Shown here in pieces: positions 34,981 through 46,231 of a stretch of DNA of 64,000 nt. Below the pieces are notes generated by a model. The model was not told the origin of the DNA. It ran no database searches and saw only the letters and a list, made by a program, of their open reading frames with translations. The stretch's first letter is position 1. Each line of letters begins with the position of its first letter. Origin of the DNA: an uncultured Acidimicrobiia bacterium (lineage in GTDB: Bacteria; Actinomycetota; Acidimicrobiia; Spongiisociales; DATADW01); the NCBI GenBank assembly GCA_963826825.1, contig CAWGYV010000009.1, positions 44,712 to 108,711 of the forward strand, written 5' to 3'. Made by a program: the position numbers and the translations under genes.

Positions 34981-35031
34981 TCGTCGGAGCGGCATGTCCG
35001 CAATCGATGAAATCGATACAGTCCCGACACC

Positions 35032-36213
35032 ATGAAGCTGACCCTTCAGCAGGCGCGTCGGATCGCAATCACCGCCCAGGGCCTGGCCGATCCGCGCCCC
35101 GAGAAGATCGATGTCCGTCATCTCCGGCGGGTGCTGGAGAAGGTGGCACTTCTCCAGATCGACTCGGTCAACGTGCTCGCCCGGGCTCACTACATACCGC
35201 TCTTTTCCCGGCTTGGCCCCTATCCGATGCGACTGCTCGACGAATATGCCTACCGCCGACGCCGGTTGTTCGAGTACTGGGGGCACGTTGCATCGCTGAT
35301 CCCGGTCGAGCAGTGGCCATTGTTCGTCTACCGAATGGAGGCGTTCAGGGAGGAACGCGCACAGGGGCGTCTGCAGCGGGAGAGACCGGGCCTATTGGAG
35401 TCGGTGTTAGAGGAAGTCGCGGCGCGGGGGCCGGTGACCGCCGCCGAGTTGGACGATGCCGAGAGGGCACGAGGACCGTGGTGGGACTGGAGTGACACCA
35501 AGCTGGCCCTGGAGTCACTTTTCATAACTGGCCAGGTGTCGGTGCCAGACCGGGTCAATTTTGTCCGTCGCTACGACCTGACCGCACGGGTCATACCACC
35601 AGAGATTCTCGATCAAGAGCCCCTCCCCAAGGACGAGGCACACCGACGGCTCCTAGTCATCGCCGCCCGCGCCCACGGGGTGGGCACTGTGGCCGATCTG
35701 GCCGACTACCACCGCATCCCCATCGCCCCCGCTCGTCGCCATCTCGCCGGATTGGCAGCTTCAGGGGTGCTCAAGGAGGTTTCGGTGGAAGGATGGACCG
35801 AGCCCGCTTACCTGCATCCAGATATCCCACTCCGGCGCCGGGTGGATGCCTCGGCTCTGCTGGTCCCCTTCGACCCGCTCGTCTGGTTCCGACCGCGCAC
35901 CGAGCGTCTCTTTGGCTTCCACTACCGGATCGAGATCTACGTTCCCGAACCGCAGCGTCGATTCGGCTATTACGTGCTCCCCTTCCTGCTCGGAGACCAA
36001 CTCGTCGCCCGGGTCGACCTCAAAGCCGACCGAGCCGGTGGGGTGCTGCAGGCAAAAGCGGCGTACCGCGAGGAGGCGGTCGACGGCCGATTGGTGGCCA
36101 CCGCACTTGCGACGGAACTTGGGGAGATGGCGAAGTGGCTCGGGTTGGGCGCGGTGGCGGTTGGCCGGAAGGGCAACCTGAGCACCGACCTACGCCGAGC
36201 CGTCTCTCACTAG
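35032..36213 (+). CDS. YcaQ-like winged-helix crosslink-repair DNA glycosylase
   Basis: LQIDSVNV (QxD), EYWGH, PFDPLVW, YRIEIY, R.FGYY motifs. Confidence 0.88.
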   Translation: MKLTLQQARRIAITAQGLADPRPEKIDVRHLRRVLEKVALLQIDSVNVLARAHYIPLFSRLGPYPMRLLDEYAYRRRRLFEYWGHVASLIPVEQWPLFVYRMEAFREERAQGRLQRERPGLLESVLEEVAARGPVTAAELDDAERARGPWWDWSDTKLALESLFITGQVSVPDRVNFVRRYDLTARVIPPEILDQEPLPKDEAHRRLLVIAARAHGVGTVADLADYHRIPIAPARRHLAGLAASGVLKEVSVEGWTEPAYLHPDIPLRRRVDASALLVPFDPLVWFRPRTERLFGFHYRIEIYVPEPQRRFGYYVLPFLLGDQLVARVDLKADRAGGVLQAKAAYREEAVDGRLVATALATELGEMAKWLGLGAVAVGRKGNLSTDLRRAVSH

Positions 36214-37385
36214 CTGCTGAGATCTTCGATCACCTCGGCCAGCGCCGCATCCCGCGCTTGCCCCCCCAGGCGTCTGGGGACGGCGACCGCCACCACCGCC
36301 CCGGTCGCCGGGTCGCGCGCCGCAGCCGCCAGCCAGGTCTCGCCGCTGGTGAGCCGGTCGCGCCAGATCGGGCTCCCGGTGGTGCGGATCAATGCTCCGG
36401 CGAGCGAATCGGACCGTTCCGACCCGGAGAAGTTCCTGGCGAACCAGTTCGGCGCGGAGAGCAGCCGAACATGGGCGACCGTGGCATTCTCGTTGTCCGC
36501 CGGCGGACCGAATTCACACAGGAACCCAGCCCAGGCGAGTACCTCCCCGCTCACCTCGGCGTAGACGCGGGGCGGTCCTATGGCCGAGGCGTAGGCGTCC
36601 TCGAGATCCGGGGCGAGATCGCGACAGCGCCGGGGAAGGGCATCCAAGACCGACGGGTCGACAAATCCATCAAGCGCCTCGCCGATCTCCCTGAGGACGG
36701 CGGTTCCCGGGACAGGACTCTGCCCGCCGAACTCGGTCCCGACACTGAGCACGGTCGCCGCCGGATCGGCCCCAACCCGGCGGCATGCCCGGAGCAGCGG
36801 CTGTGCTCGGGGGGGGAGCACCGGAACGGTTGCAAGCTTGACCGCTGGCAAGGTCGCCCGGAGGTAGCGATCAGATTCCGACGCCTCGGGATCCAACCGA
36901 CCGTCGGTGGTCACCAGCCATCTCACCGACCGCTCGAGTGGATCCACCCTGGCGAATCTGATGGTTCGCGCCGTCGGCCCCGCGGTGGATTCGCCGAGGG
37001 TCCGATAGGCCGAGACCAGCCTGTTGAGAAGCCGCGCCTCCGGTGTGAGGGGGGCCACGACCCCTTCCGGAATGCGGGCGAGTTGGCGGGTGCGGATGCC
37101 AGTCATCCTTTCGGCCTGATCGAGCAGGGCCCGCAACGCCTGACAGGCGGTCGGCGGGGGCGCGGTCGTGGTGGTCGGCGGGACCGTGGTTGGGGCCGCG
37201 GTTGTCGCCGGAACCGTGGTGGGCGGGACGGTGGGGACTGTTGTCGTGATCGATGTCGATATGGACGGGTTGACGGCGTCGCCCGGGTTGCACGCCACCA
37301 GCGACACGAGGGCGATCAGAGCCATCCGTCGCAGCCTCACCCGAGCCAGGGTAGGGCCGGGTCGCCATCCCGACCCGGCGCTCAA
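36210..37385 (-). CDS. Hypothetical lipoprotein with Thr/Pro-rich linker
   Basis: LVSLVAC lipobox and TTVP repeats; start overlaps the purE stop. Confidence 0.6.
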   Translation of the reverse strand: MSAGSGWRPGPTLARVRLRRMALIALVSLVACNPGDAVNPSISTSITTTVPTVPPTTVPATTAAPTTVPPTTTTAPPPTACQALRALLDQAERMTGIRTRQLARIPEGVVAPLTPEARLLNRLVSAYRTLGESTAGPTARTIRFARVDPLERSVRWLVTTDGRLDPEASESDRYLRATLPAVKLATVPVLPPRAQPLLRACRRVGADPAATVLSVGTEFGGQSPVPGTAVLREIGEALDGFVDPSVLDALPRRCRDLAPDLEDAYASAIGPPRVYAEVSGEVLAWAGFLCEFGPPADNENATVAHVRLLSAPNWFARNFSGSERSDSLAGALIRTTGSPIWRDRLTSGETWLAAAARDPATGAVVAVAVPRRLGGQARDAALAEVIEDLSS

Positions 37386-37873
37386 CCCCGAAGCGTTGCC
37401 TCGGCCAGGTCCACCCGGTACTTGACCAGCGAAGCAGCCAGGTCGTTGTCCGACAGGGCGAGGATGGCGACGGCGAGCAGCGCGGCATTGACCGCGCCGT
37501 CTATGGCTACCGTCGCCACCGGGACGCCGGTCGGCATCTGAACGGTCGCCAACAGGGAATCCAGGCCGTCGAGGGACGCAGCCAATGGGACCCCGATTAC
37601 AGGGAGGGTGGACTTGGCCGCCATCACACCTGCCAGGTGGGCCGCCTTGCCGGCTCCGGCGATGATCACCTTGAACCCGTCATCGGCGGCAGATGCGGCA
37701 AAGGCGAACGCCTCGTCCGGGGTCTTGTGGGCCGAGAGCACTCTGAATTCGTGGTCCACACCGAACTGCTCCAGCGTGTCCGCAGCACGTTGCATCACGG
37801 GCCGATCCGAGCCCGAGCCCATCAGAATTGCCACGCGGCCCCGGCCGCTCCTCGGCTCTTCGGGAGATGTCAA
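37382..37873 (-). CDS. purE: N5-CAIR mutase / AIR carboxylase
   Basis: MGSGSD, SAHKTP, AAHL, QMP.GVPVATV motifs. Confidence 0.95.
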   Translation of the reverse strand: MTSPEEPRSGRGRVAILMGSGSDRPVMQRAADTLEQFGVDHEFRVLSAHKTPDEAFAFAASAADDGFKVIIAGAGKAAHLAGVMAAKSTLPVIGVPLAASLDGLDSLLATVQMPTGVPVATVAIDGAVNAALLAVAILALSDNDLAASLVKYRVDLAEATLRG

Positions 37874-39186
37874 GCGATCACACTCCTCTGATCTGGAGCC
37901 GGCACGGTACCGGTCTCGGTGACAGGGGAGACCGGTGCTCCGACATCGGTCCGGTAGTGCATCCCGGGGAATCCGATCAGATCTACCGCCTCATAGGCGC
38001 GCCTGCGGGCTGCGGCGATGTCATCGCCCAGCCCGACGACATTGAGCACACGGCCACCCGCGGTGAGCGGCCGCCTGGCATCGCCTGCCGTTGCAGCGTG
38101 GAAGAGGAGCACATCCTCGAGGCCGGCGGCGGAATCGGTCCCGCCTATGCGATCGCCGGTGCGGGGGTGGTCGGGGTACCCGGCCGAGGCGAGCACCACG
38201 TCGACCGCAGCGCGGCGCGACCACCGAAGGGTCTCGGGCATGCTCCCCTCGATCGCCTCGACCATCACTCCAACCAGGTCGTCCTGCAACCGGGGAAGCA
38301 CCACCTGCGCCTCTGGATCACCGAGGCGACAATTGAACTCGAGCACCTGGGGACCGTCCGCTGTCAGGACCAATCCCGCATAGAGGAACCCGGTGTATTG
38401 GTCGCCGTGCTCGCCCATCTCCCTCAGGACGGGAAGGATCACCTGGTCACGCACCTCCTCGACCAGCCCGATGGGAAGGTCCTCGACCGGGGAGAAGGCA
38501 CCCATGCCTCCGGTGTTCGGTCCCAGGTCGGCGTCGAGGAGCCTCTTGTAGTCGCGCGCCGGCGCCAGCGTCACCGCTTTGCCGCCGGCGCACAAGGCAA
38601 AGATCGAGACTTCGGGACCCGACAGGAAGTCCTCGATTAGGACGATGCTGCCCGCCGTGCCGAAGTCGCCGCCGAAGCACCGGTCCACCCAGCGATGTGC
38701 CGCGTAGACGTCTTCGGTCACGAGGACACCCTTACCCGCGGCGAGGCCATCGGCCTTGACGACAAAGGGACCGGTGCCACTGTTGAGGTGGTCGTGGGCT
38801 GCGGCCGCTTCGTCGAAGACGGCGGCCGCCGCGGTGGGAACCCCGGCCCGTCGCATGACCTCCTTGGCATACGACTTCGACGATTCCAGCCTCGCCGCGC
38901 CTCTGGTCGGCCCGAACACCGGGATGCCGCGGGAAGCCAAAGCATCGCTCAACCCGGCGGCAAGCGGCGCCTCAGGGCCGATCACCACCAGATCCACCCG
39001 CTGGGCAGCTGCGACGGCAGCCACCGCTCCGACGTCGGTGGGCTCGATGCCCTCGATCCGGTCGCCAAGAACCGACATCCCGGGGTTCCCCGGCAAGAGG
39101 AGCAAGTCGCGGAGTGACCCGTCACGCCGCATCGACCATGCCAGTGCGTGCTCCCGCCCGCCCCCACCGACGAGGAGCGCCTTCAT
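37870..39186 (-). CDS. purD: Phosphoribosylamine--glycine ligase
   Basis: [38 protein letters not shown] motifs. Confidence 0.96.
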   Translation of the reverse strand: MKALLVGGGGREHALAWSMRRDGSLRDLLLLPGNPGMSVLGDRIEGIEPTDVGAVAAVAAAQRVDLVVIGPEAPLAAGLSDALASRGIPVFGPTRGAARLESSKSYAKEVMRRAGVPTAAAAVFDEAAAAHDHLNSGTGPFVVKADGLAAGKGVLVTEDVYAAHRWVDRCFGGDFGTAGSIVLIEDFLSGPEVSIFALCAGGKAVTLAPARDYKRLLDADLGPNTGGMGAFSPVEDLPIGLVEEVRDQVILPVLREMGEHGDQYTGFLYAGLVLTADGPQVLEFNCRLGDPEAQVVLPRLQDDLVGVMVEAIEGSMPETLRWSRRAAVDVVLASAGYPDHPRTGDRIGGTDSAAGLEDVLLFHAATAGDARRPLTAGGRVLNVVGLGDDIAAARRRAYEAVDLIGFPGMHYRTDVGAPVSPVTETGTVPAPDQRSVIA

Positions 39187-40457
39187 GTCCTCGAGATCAT
39201 CTGTTGGCGCTCAGGGCCAACCGACACCCACTCCACCGGAACCCCGGTGCGCTCCTCGATGAACTCGATGTACTGGCGCGCCTCCTTGGGGAGATCGTCG
39301 TAGGTGCGCACCGCGCTGATGTCGGCCGACCAGCCGGGGAGTTCCTCGTACACGGGCACGCAGTTGTAGAGGACGCGTTGCTGGCGGGGGAACTCCGTGT
39401 AGCGCTCACCGAGCGACGTGTAGGCGACGGCAACCCGGATCGATTCGAAATGAGAAAGGATGTCGAGCTTGGTGAGGAACAGCCCGGTGAGCCCATTGAT
39501 CCGAGCGGCATAGCGCAGCGCCACCAGATCGAGCCAGCCACAGCGCCTGCGACGACCGGTCACCGTCCCGTACTCGCCGCCAAGCTCGACCATCGCATCG
39601 CCCACCTCGTCATCTAGCTCGGTGGGGAAGGGGCCAGTGCCCACCCGCGAGATGTATGCCTTGGTCACCCCGATGACTCTGTCGATCGCCGTCGGGCCGA
39701 TCCCGGTCCCGGTCAGAGCCCCACCCGCCGTGGGATTGCTGGAGGTGACGAACGGATACGTCCCGTGGTCGATGTCGAGCAGGGTGGCTTGGGCGCCTTC
39801 GAAGACGACGTCACCTCCCTCGCTCATCGCTTCCCACACGAGGAGCGATGTGTCGGCGACAAAGGGCAACAACCTCTCCGAGTACCCCAGGTACTCGGTG
39901 GCTATGGGCGCCGCCTCCATCGGAAGCTGGTTGTAGACCCTGGAAAGGATCTTGTTCTTCTCGACCAGCGAGGTTTCCAGCTTGTCACGGAAGATGCTCG
40001 GGTCGAACAGATCCTGGAAGCGGATCCCGGTGCGCGACACCTTGTCGGTGTATGCGGGACCGATTCCCTTCTTGGTGGTCCCGATCTTGTTTCTACCCAA
40101 ATAGCGCTCCATGACCGCGTCGAGCTTGCGGTGATATGGCATCACGAGGTGGGCGTTGCCGGATACCCGCAGCCGGCTCGGGTCGATTCCGCGTTCGGTC
40201 AGCATGTCGATCTCATCGAGCAGGACCTTTGGGTCGATGACGCAGCCCGAGGCGATCACCGGTGTGCAGTGCGGGTACATGACACCGCTCGGGATCTGCG
40301 AGAGGGCGAACCGTTCTTCGCCGACGACGATGGTGTGCCCTGCGTTGTTGCCGCCCTGATAGCGGACGACCATGTCGGCGGTCTCGGCGAGGGCGTCGAC
40401 CACCTTCCCTTTCCCTTCGTCACCCCATTGGGCACCGAGAACGATGGTGGCGGGCAT
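39183..40457 (-). CDS. purA: Adenylosuccinate synthase
   Basis: QWGDEGKGK, GGNNAGHT, EGAQ, GTYPFVTSS, TGRRRRCGW motifs. Confidence 0.97.
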   Translation of the reverse strand: MPATIVLGAQWGDEGKGKVVDALAETADMVVRYQGGNNAGHTIVVGEERFALSQIPSGVMYPHCTPVIASGCVIDPKVLLDEIDMLTERGIDPSRLRVSGNAHLVMPYHRKLDAVMERYLGRNKIGTTKKGIGPAYTDKVSRTGIRFQDLFDPSIFRDKLETSLVEKNKILSRVYNQLPMEAAPIATEYLGYSERLLPFVADTSLLVWEAMSEGGDVVFEGAQATLLDIDHGTYPFVTSSNPTAGGALTGTGIGPTAIDRVIGVTKAYISRVGTGPFPTELDDEVGDAMVELGGEYGTVTGRRRRCGWLDLVALRYAARINGLTGLFLTKLDILSHFESIRVAVAYTSLGERYTEFPRQQRVLYNCVPVYEELPGWSADISAVRTYDDLPKEARQYIEFIEERTGVPVEWVSVGPERQQMISRT

Positions 40458-40552
40458 GACCCTCCGGGACGGTGGAGCGGCGATGGTAGTGGTCGCCCGC
40501 CATGCGAGGCTCCCAGCGGAATACGTTCCCGACCCACACCGTTGCCGGGTCC

Positions 40553-40939
40553 ATGGACAGCATCATCGAGGAAGCGCTGGAAGCTGGTGGTCCCGTGGAC
40601 ATCACGACGACGGGGAGAAAGAGCGGCGCAGCCCGCCGCAAGGAGATCTTCTTCCACACATTCGACGGGGTGCACTACATCAGCGGCCGGCCCGGGTTCA
40701 AGCGCGATTGGCTGGCGAACCTGGTTGCCAATCCCCGCTTCACCCTTCACCTCAAGCGTGGCGTGACCGCAGACCTGGATGCGGTGGCTGAGCCGATCCG
40801 CGACCCCGATGAGCGAGGAGCCATTCTCTTCAGGATCCTCACCGAGAGTTGGGGCACCGACCCCGAGCGCGCCCGCGCCGACCTCGACACATGGGTGGCC
40901 ACCGCACCACTGGTCCGGTTCCGGGTAGAGGACTCGTAG
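40553..40939 (+). CDS. Deazaflavin (F420)-dependent nitroreductase-like protein
   Basis: TTTGRKSG..R and DWLANL.ANP motifs. Confidence 0.75.
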   Translation: MDSIIEEALEAGGPVDITTTGRKSGAARRKEIFFHTFDGVHYISGRPGFKRDWLANLVANPRFTLHLKRGVTADLDAVAEPIRDPDERGAILFRILTESWGTDPERARADLDTWVATAPLVRFRVEDS

Positions 40940-41009
40940 CGCACCGGCGTTAGGCCCGCATCCTGCTCCGCAGCGGGGTCCATTCCCCCCGCCGGGGGAC
41001 GGAGCGGTA

Positions 41010-41037
41010 CTTCCGTCTTCCGTCTTCCGCCTTCCGT
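41010..41037. repeat. Heptamer array (CTTCCGT)x4
   Basis: cttccgt cttccgt cttccgc cttccgt. Confidence 0.85.
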
Positions 41038-41065
41038 CTGATGCTCTCCCGATACGCTCCCTTTT

Positions 41066-41998
41066 GTGCCGATCACCGTCCTCCTCGGGCCGCAGCGCCT
41101 CGGGCCAACGCTTGCCCCGGTGACCCAACAGCTTGGGCTGGAGGGTCCGGTCGGATTGGTCACGGCGGGCTGGCAGGAGCTCGAGTCGGCCGATTCCGAG
41201 CTTCGCGAGCACCTAGCCACCGATGTGGTCAACCTCGACCTTTACCGCCGGGCCGAGGAGGTCTTTGCCGAAGACCCCGAGCTTGCAGAGGCCCACCGGA
41301 GACGGCAGGACCGGCTCAGGGCGCTGCAGTCGCTCCACCGGGTCCGGCTCCGCCACACGCTGGAGGCGGCGCGCCAGCTCATGGGGCGCCAGGGGGAGAG
41401 CGACGACCTCGATGCTGAGAGGGAGGCTTCCCTCCGCCAGCTGGCCGACCTCGACACCGAGCACGCCGAGAGGTTGAAGGCGGTCCACGCGGCGTGGGAC
41501 GACGAGGTCCGTCTCGCCGAACGACCCTCGGTCTCCCGCCATCGTGCCCAGGTGGCTGACCTCTTGGGAGGCGTGTCGTTTCTGGCGATCGCCGGGGGCC
41601 ACGTGGTCGTCGTCCTCAACCGGCTCCGGATGTTCGATGTGGTTGGGCTTTGGGGAGACGGCCCGGTGGTTGCGTGGTCCGCGGGAGCCATGGCCCTGGC
41701 TCGGAGGGTCTTCGTCTATCACGACAACCCACCTCAGGGGGCCGCCAACACCGAGGTATTGGAGAATGGGCTCGCCAGATACCGGGCGGTCCAGCCTTTC
41801 CCACACGCCAAGCGGCGGCTCCGACTCGAGGACCCGGTACGGACGGCGGTGCTCGCCCGACGGATGGTGCCGGCGGTGGCGGTCCCGCTCGATGAAGGCG
41901 AGTGGGTCGTACTCGACAGCGAGCGGATCATCGTCCACAACGGCGGTCGGCGACTCACCGCCGATGGATCGGTCCTGCCGATCGAGCAGACAGGATGA
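41066..41998 (+). CDS. Peptidase S51 / class I glutamine amidotransferase-like hydrolase
   Basis: TAGWQE, IAGGH, AWSAGAM nucleophile elbow, FPHA. Confidence 0.7.
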   Translation: MPITVLLGPQRLGPTLAPVTQQLGLEGPVGLVTAGWQELESADSELREHLATDVVNLDLYRRAEEVFAEDPELAEAHRRRQDRLRALQSLHRVRLRHTLEAARQLMGRQGESDDLDAEREASLRQLADLDTEHAERLKAVHAAWDDEVRLAERPSVSRHRAQVADLLGGVSFLAIAGGHVVVVLNRLRMFDVVGLWGDGPVVAWSAGAMALARRVFVYHDNPPQGAANTEVLENGLARYRAVQPFPHAKRRLRLEDPVRTAVLARRMVPAVAVPLDEGEWVVLDSERIIVHNGGRRLTADGSVLPIEQTG

Positions 41999-43134
41999 TG
42001 ACCCCTACGGTGCGACGGCTCCGGGCGGCCGCCCGGCGGGGCGAGGCGGCCCTTCTTCGATTCTTGGAGCGGCACCCCGTCCCCATCCAGGGGGAAGGGT
42101 TGACCACCTTCGTGTTCGTGGGCGAGGCCGACAAGGTCGACCTGGAGCATTGGATCTATGGGCTCCCCGGCACCCAGCCATTCGAACGTGTAGCCGGTAC
42201 TGCCCTATGGCATCTGTCGGTCGATCTCCCCGCTGAGTCGCGTATCGAATACAAGTTGGGGATCACCCGCAATGGACACCGCGAGACCATCCTCGACCCG
42301 CTCAATCCCCGGCGGGCACACGATCCCTTCGGTGCCAACTCGGTCTGCTCTACCGGGGGCTACCAGATCCCCGAATGGGCGGGTCCCGACCCCGAGTCCC
42401 GATCTGGCTCGATCGAGGACCTTGAGATCGATAGCGCCGCGCTGGGCAGCCGAAGGATCCTCCAGGTGTATCTGCCGGCGAGGTTTCGGACGGGGCGGAG
42501 GTACCCGCTCCTGGTGGTGCACGACGGGTCCGACTACCTGCGCTACTCGTCGCTGAAGAGCGTTCTCGACAACCTGATCACCCGGCTCGAGGTGGCGCCG
42601 CTCATCGTCGCCTTCTCCGACCCCGGCAATCGGCTCAAGGAATACGCCGCCGACGGCCGCCACGCCCGGCACATCACCGAAGAGGTGCTGCCTCTGCTGG
42701 CCGACCGCTACCCGCTGGTCGACGAGCCCGGGGGGCGAGGTCTGATGGGCGCCAGCCTCGGTGCGGTTGCCTCCCTGTCGACCGCTTGGATGCACCCTGA
42801 GACCTGGGGGCGTCTGATGCTCCAGTCGGGGTCGTTCGCCTTCACCGATATCGGACAAACGCGGCGCGGCCCCGACTTCGAGCCGGTGGTCACCTGGATG
42901 AACCGCTTCCGATCCGATCCGGGGCGACCTGCGGACCGCGTGTATGTGAGCTGCGGGGTATACGAGTCGCTGATATACGAGAACCGGTCGCTGGTGCCGA
43001 TGCTGCAGCGGGCTGGGATGCAGGTCCTATTCACCGAGGCACGCGACGGTCATAACTGGGAAAACTGGCGCGACAGGATGAGACAGGGTCTCTCCTACCT
43101 CTTCCCCGGCCCGCTCTGGCTGACATATGAGTAG
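41995..43134 (+). CDS. Enterochelin-esterase (Fes)-like alpha/beta hydrolase with N-terminal Ig/CBM48-like domain
   Basis: RIEYK, DPLNP, VYLP, HDG, GASLG, QSGSF, GHNWENW motifs. Confidence 0.85.
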   Translation: MMTPTVRRLRAAARRGEAALLRFLERHPVPIQGEGLTTFVFVGEADKVDLEHWIYGLPGTQPFERVAGTALWHLSVDLPAESRIEYKLGITRNGHRETILDPLNPRRAHDPFGANSVCSTGGYQIPEWAGPDPESRSGSIEDLEIDSAALGSRRILQVYLPARFRTGRRYPLLVVHDGSDYLRYSSLKSVLDNLITRLEVAPLIVAFSDPGNRLKEYAADGRHARHITEEVLPLLADRYPLVDEPGGRGLMGASLGAVASLSTAWMHPETWGRLMLQSGSFAFTDIGQTRRGPDFEPVVTWMNRFRSDPGRPADRVYVSCGVYESLIYENRSLVPMLQRAGMQVLFTEARDGHNWENWRDRMRQGLSYLFPGPLWLTYE

Positions 43135-43178
43135 CCCAGCCGCACACCGGCCTCGTCCTCTCCCGTACCCTGTCGATC

Positions 43179-44420
43179 ATGGCTGACGCGACCAGGGTCA
43201 TCGGGCTGTCGTTGGGTGCCGACCTCTGCTGGCCGGCCTGTTTCGAGGGGATCGTCAACCGGCTCGGCGCCGTCACCCACGAAGGCGAGACGCACCGGAT
43301 CGAGGTCGAGCGGGTCACCATCGAGCCCTTCGACCTCAGGCAGGACACGCGCTACGACGTCGTGCTCGACCGGCTCACCCACTGGTACCAGACGAGCCGG
43401 GAGTGGATCAAGAAGGCCGTGCTCATGGACGGGCTGTACGTCTTCAACAACCCGTGGTCCCTCCAGGCGATGGAGAAACACAGCTCGTACGTGGCGATGA
43501 TGCGGCTCGGGCTGCCCGTGCCCGACACCTGGATGGTCCCACCCAAGGAGTACGAGCCCACCACCGATCTCGAGCCGACTCTGCAGCGCTATGCCCGGTT
43601 GTTCGACGTCGGCCAGGTTGGCGAGGGCCTCGGCTACCCCCTCTACATGAAGCCGTACGACGGAGGCGCCTGGGTGGGGGTGAGCCGGATCGACGACGCC
43701 GACCAGCTGCAGACGGCGTACGAGGAGTCGGGCCGCCGTGTCATGCATCTCCAGCGCGCCGCAGAGCCCTGGGACATATTCGTCCGGGTCCTCGGGGTGG
43801 GACCGCAGACCCGGATCATCCGTTACGACCCGGGCTCCCCGCTCCACGAGCGGTACACCACCGACTACGGGTTCGTAGACGCCGATGATGCCCTCCTTCT
43901 CGAGGACATGGCACTGACCATCAACAGCTTCTTCGGTTGGGACTTCAACTCGTGCGAGGCGCTGCGATCCAACGGGAGCTTCGTGCCGATCGACTTCGCC
44001 AATGCCTGCCCGGACTCGCAGGTGACCTCGCTGCACTACCACTTCCCCTGGCTGGTCATGGCCAAGGTGCGATGGGCGCTCTTCTGCGCCATCACCAAGC
44101 GGCCCATGAGGATCAACCTCGACTGGGACGCGTACTTCGAGCTGGCAGATCAGGGCCTCCCCTATCGCGAGACGCTCGCCGGGTACGGCGCCATAGCAAG
44201 GAAACGGTTCGAGACAGAGCGCTTCGAGGAGTTCTGCGACACGACCCTGGCCGATCTGGACGAGGTTGCGCACTACTTCTTCGGCAGCCCCGAGGCGCGC
44301 GAGGCGGTCCGTTCCAAGGTGGTCGCGCTGTTCCCCGAGCACGAGTGGGACCAGTTCACCGACCACTTCTGGGGACTCATCCAGCAGTGGCGTGACGACC
44401 ACGCACGGGGTGAAGCCTGA
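43179..44420 (+). CDS. RimK-like ATP-grasp ligase
   Basis: VLDR, NNPW, K, PLYMKPYDGGAW.GV, E and IDFAN motifs. Confidence 0.8.
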   Translation: MADATRVIGLSLGADLCWPACFEGIVNRLGAVTHEGETHRIEVERVTIEPFDLRQDTRYDVVLDRLTHWYQTSREWIKKAVLMDGLYVFNNPWSLQAMEKHSSYVAMMRLGLPVPDTWMVPPKEYEPTTDLEPTLQRYARLFDVGQVGEGLGYPLYMKPYDGGAWVGVSRIDDADQLQTAYEESGRRVMHLQRAAEPWDIFVRVLGVGPQTRIIRYDPGSPLHERYTTDYGFVDADDALLLEDMALTINSFFGWDFNSCEALRSNGSFVPIDFANACPDSQVTSLHYHFPWLVMAKVRWALFCAITKRPMRINLDWDAYFELADQGLPYRETLAGYGAIARKRFETERFEEFCDTTLADLDEVAHYFFGSPEAREAVRSKVVALFPEHEWDQFTDHFWGLIQQWRDDHARGEA

Positions 44421-45138
44421 GCGGATTCACCGGGTGGTTCTCGGATCGGCTCGACCAGCATGTCACGGTGAGCAGGTGGGGTTCATGGGGCACGCCGGTC
44501 TTGGTGTTTCCGACGGCAGGTGGGGACGCCGGCGAGATCGATCGGATGGGGCTCGTCGGTGCGCTTTGGCCAATGATCGAACGCGAGCGGATCAAGGTGT
44601 ACTCATGCGACAGCATTGCCGGGCGCTCCTGGCTGGTGGGCGCCGACCCGCGGCACTCAGCCTGGCTCCAGGGACAGTTCGACGGGTTCATCCACGAGGA
44701 ACTGGTGCCCGCCATCCGGACCGACTGTTCTGACGGAAGCATCGAGATCATCACGGCGGGCGCCTCGATCGGCGCCTTCAACGCTGTTGCCTCGTTGTGC
44801 CGGCATCCCTGGACATTCCGTGCGGCGATCGGGATGAGCGGGACGTACGATCTCGCCGCCTGGCTCCACGGAACCTGGAGCGACGACGTCTACTACTCAT
44901 CGCCGCTCCATTTCCTACCGGGTTGGAGGGAGATCAGCTCGATCGGCTTCGGCGCCGGTTCGTGGTGCTCGCCACGGGGAGGGGACGCTGGGAGAACCCC
45001 GGTGAGACATGGAAGATGGCCCACGCCCTCGGGTCGAAGAGCATCCCCAACCGGGTGGATATGTGGGGGCATGAGCACGATCACGACTGGCCGACGTGGG
45101 CGCAGATGCTCCCTCTCTACCTAGACGATCTGACTTGA
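44410..45138 (+). CDS. Esterase family alpha/beta hydrolase, indels at ~44430 and ~44922
   Basis: G.PVLVFPT.GG, GASIG, MSGTYD; DHDWPTW in an alternate frame; GTG start overlaps the ATP-grasp gene end. Confidence 0.8.
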
Positions 45139-45151
45139 GCCGACCCCGGAT

Positions 45152-46135
45152 CTACAGCCAGCCGCTCTTTTTGAGCTTTCGGTAGATCAAGAGACTGGAG
45201 GCGGCCATGATGAGCAGAGCCACCGGGTACCCGAATGGCGAGTCCAGTTCGGGCATGAATTCGAAGTTCATGCCCCAGATGCCGGCGAGCATGGTGGGCA
45301 CGGCGACGATCGCCACCCAGGCGGTGATCTTCCGCATGTCGTTGTTCTGACGTACCCCGACCTGGGTGAGGTTGGCTTCGAGGATCGACGTCAACAGGTC
45401 GCGGAACTGTGTGATCTGCTCGACCACTCGGGTCAGATGGTCGGCGATGTCCCGGAAGTAGGACTTCAACACCTCGGGAATCTGCTCGAACCGGTCACCT
45501 TTGGCCAATTGCTCGAGCGGTTCGAGTAGGGGATGGGCCGCCCGGTCGAACTCGAGCACTTCCCTTTTCAGGTAGTAGATACGCTCGGCTGGGTTGTCCC
45601 CACCTCCGACAGTCGAGAAGACCTCCTTCTCGACTTCTTGAATGTCGTTGTCGAGTCCGTCCATCACCGGCATGTAGTCATCCACGACCTTGTCGAGTAT
45701 CCCGTAGAGCACCGCGCCGGGGCCGAGTGCGAGGAGGTCGGGGCGATCCTCTATCCGCTTCCGAACGCCTCGGAGTGCACTGGCTTCCCCGTGTCGCACC
45801 GCCACAACGAACTGCTTGCTCAGATAGAGGGCGATCTCGCCAAAGTCGACCACTTCCTCTGAGTCGACATAGCGCGCCGTCTTGAGCACTATGAGCAGGG
45901 TGTCGTCGTACACCTCCAGCTTGGGGCGCTGGTGACTTACCCGGTGGCCGTCCTCGACGGCGAGTTCGTGGAGGTCGAATTCGGCGGCAACCTCTGCAAA
46001 CTCCGCCTCGGTCGGCTCGTACAAACCGATCCAGGCAAACACGTTCGGGTCGCGACATGCATGGCGCGCACCGTTGAGGACGAACTCCTCCTCGCTGCGC
46101 TTCCCGTCGACGTAAAGCGCCTGATCGACGATCAC
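45152..46135 (-). CDS. corA: Magnesium/cobalt transporter CorA
   Basis: HQRPKLE, GIWGMNF, MPEL, two C-terminal TM helices. Confidence 0.92.
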   Translation of the reverse strand: MIVDQALYVDGKRSEEEFVLNGARHACRDPNVFAWIGLYEPTEAEFAEVAAEFDLHELAVEDGHRVSHQRPKLEVYDDTLLIVLKTARYVDSEEVVDFGEIALYLSKQFVVAVRHGEASALRGVRKRIEDRPDLLALGPGAVLYGILDKVVDDYMPVMDGLDNDIQEVEKEVFSTVGGGDNPAERIYYLKREVLEFDRAAHPLLEPLEQLAKGDRFEQIPEVLKSYFRDIADHLTRVVEQITQFRDLLTSILEANLTQVGVRQNNDMRKITAWVAIVAVPTMLAGIWGMNFEFMPELDSPFGYPVALLIMAASSLLIYRKLKKSGWL

Positions 46136-46231
46136 CGCGTCACCTCCGGCCTTGGTCCGCAATCTAGGGATTTGAGCGGGTGGCGCCGGACCAAGAACCC
46201 GTCGGACTGGGAGGACTGCGTCCGTCGAGGC

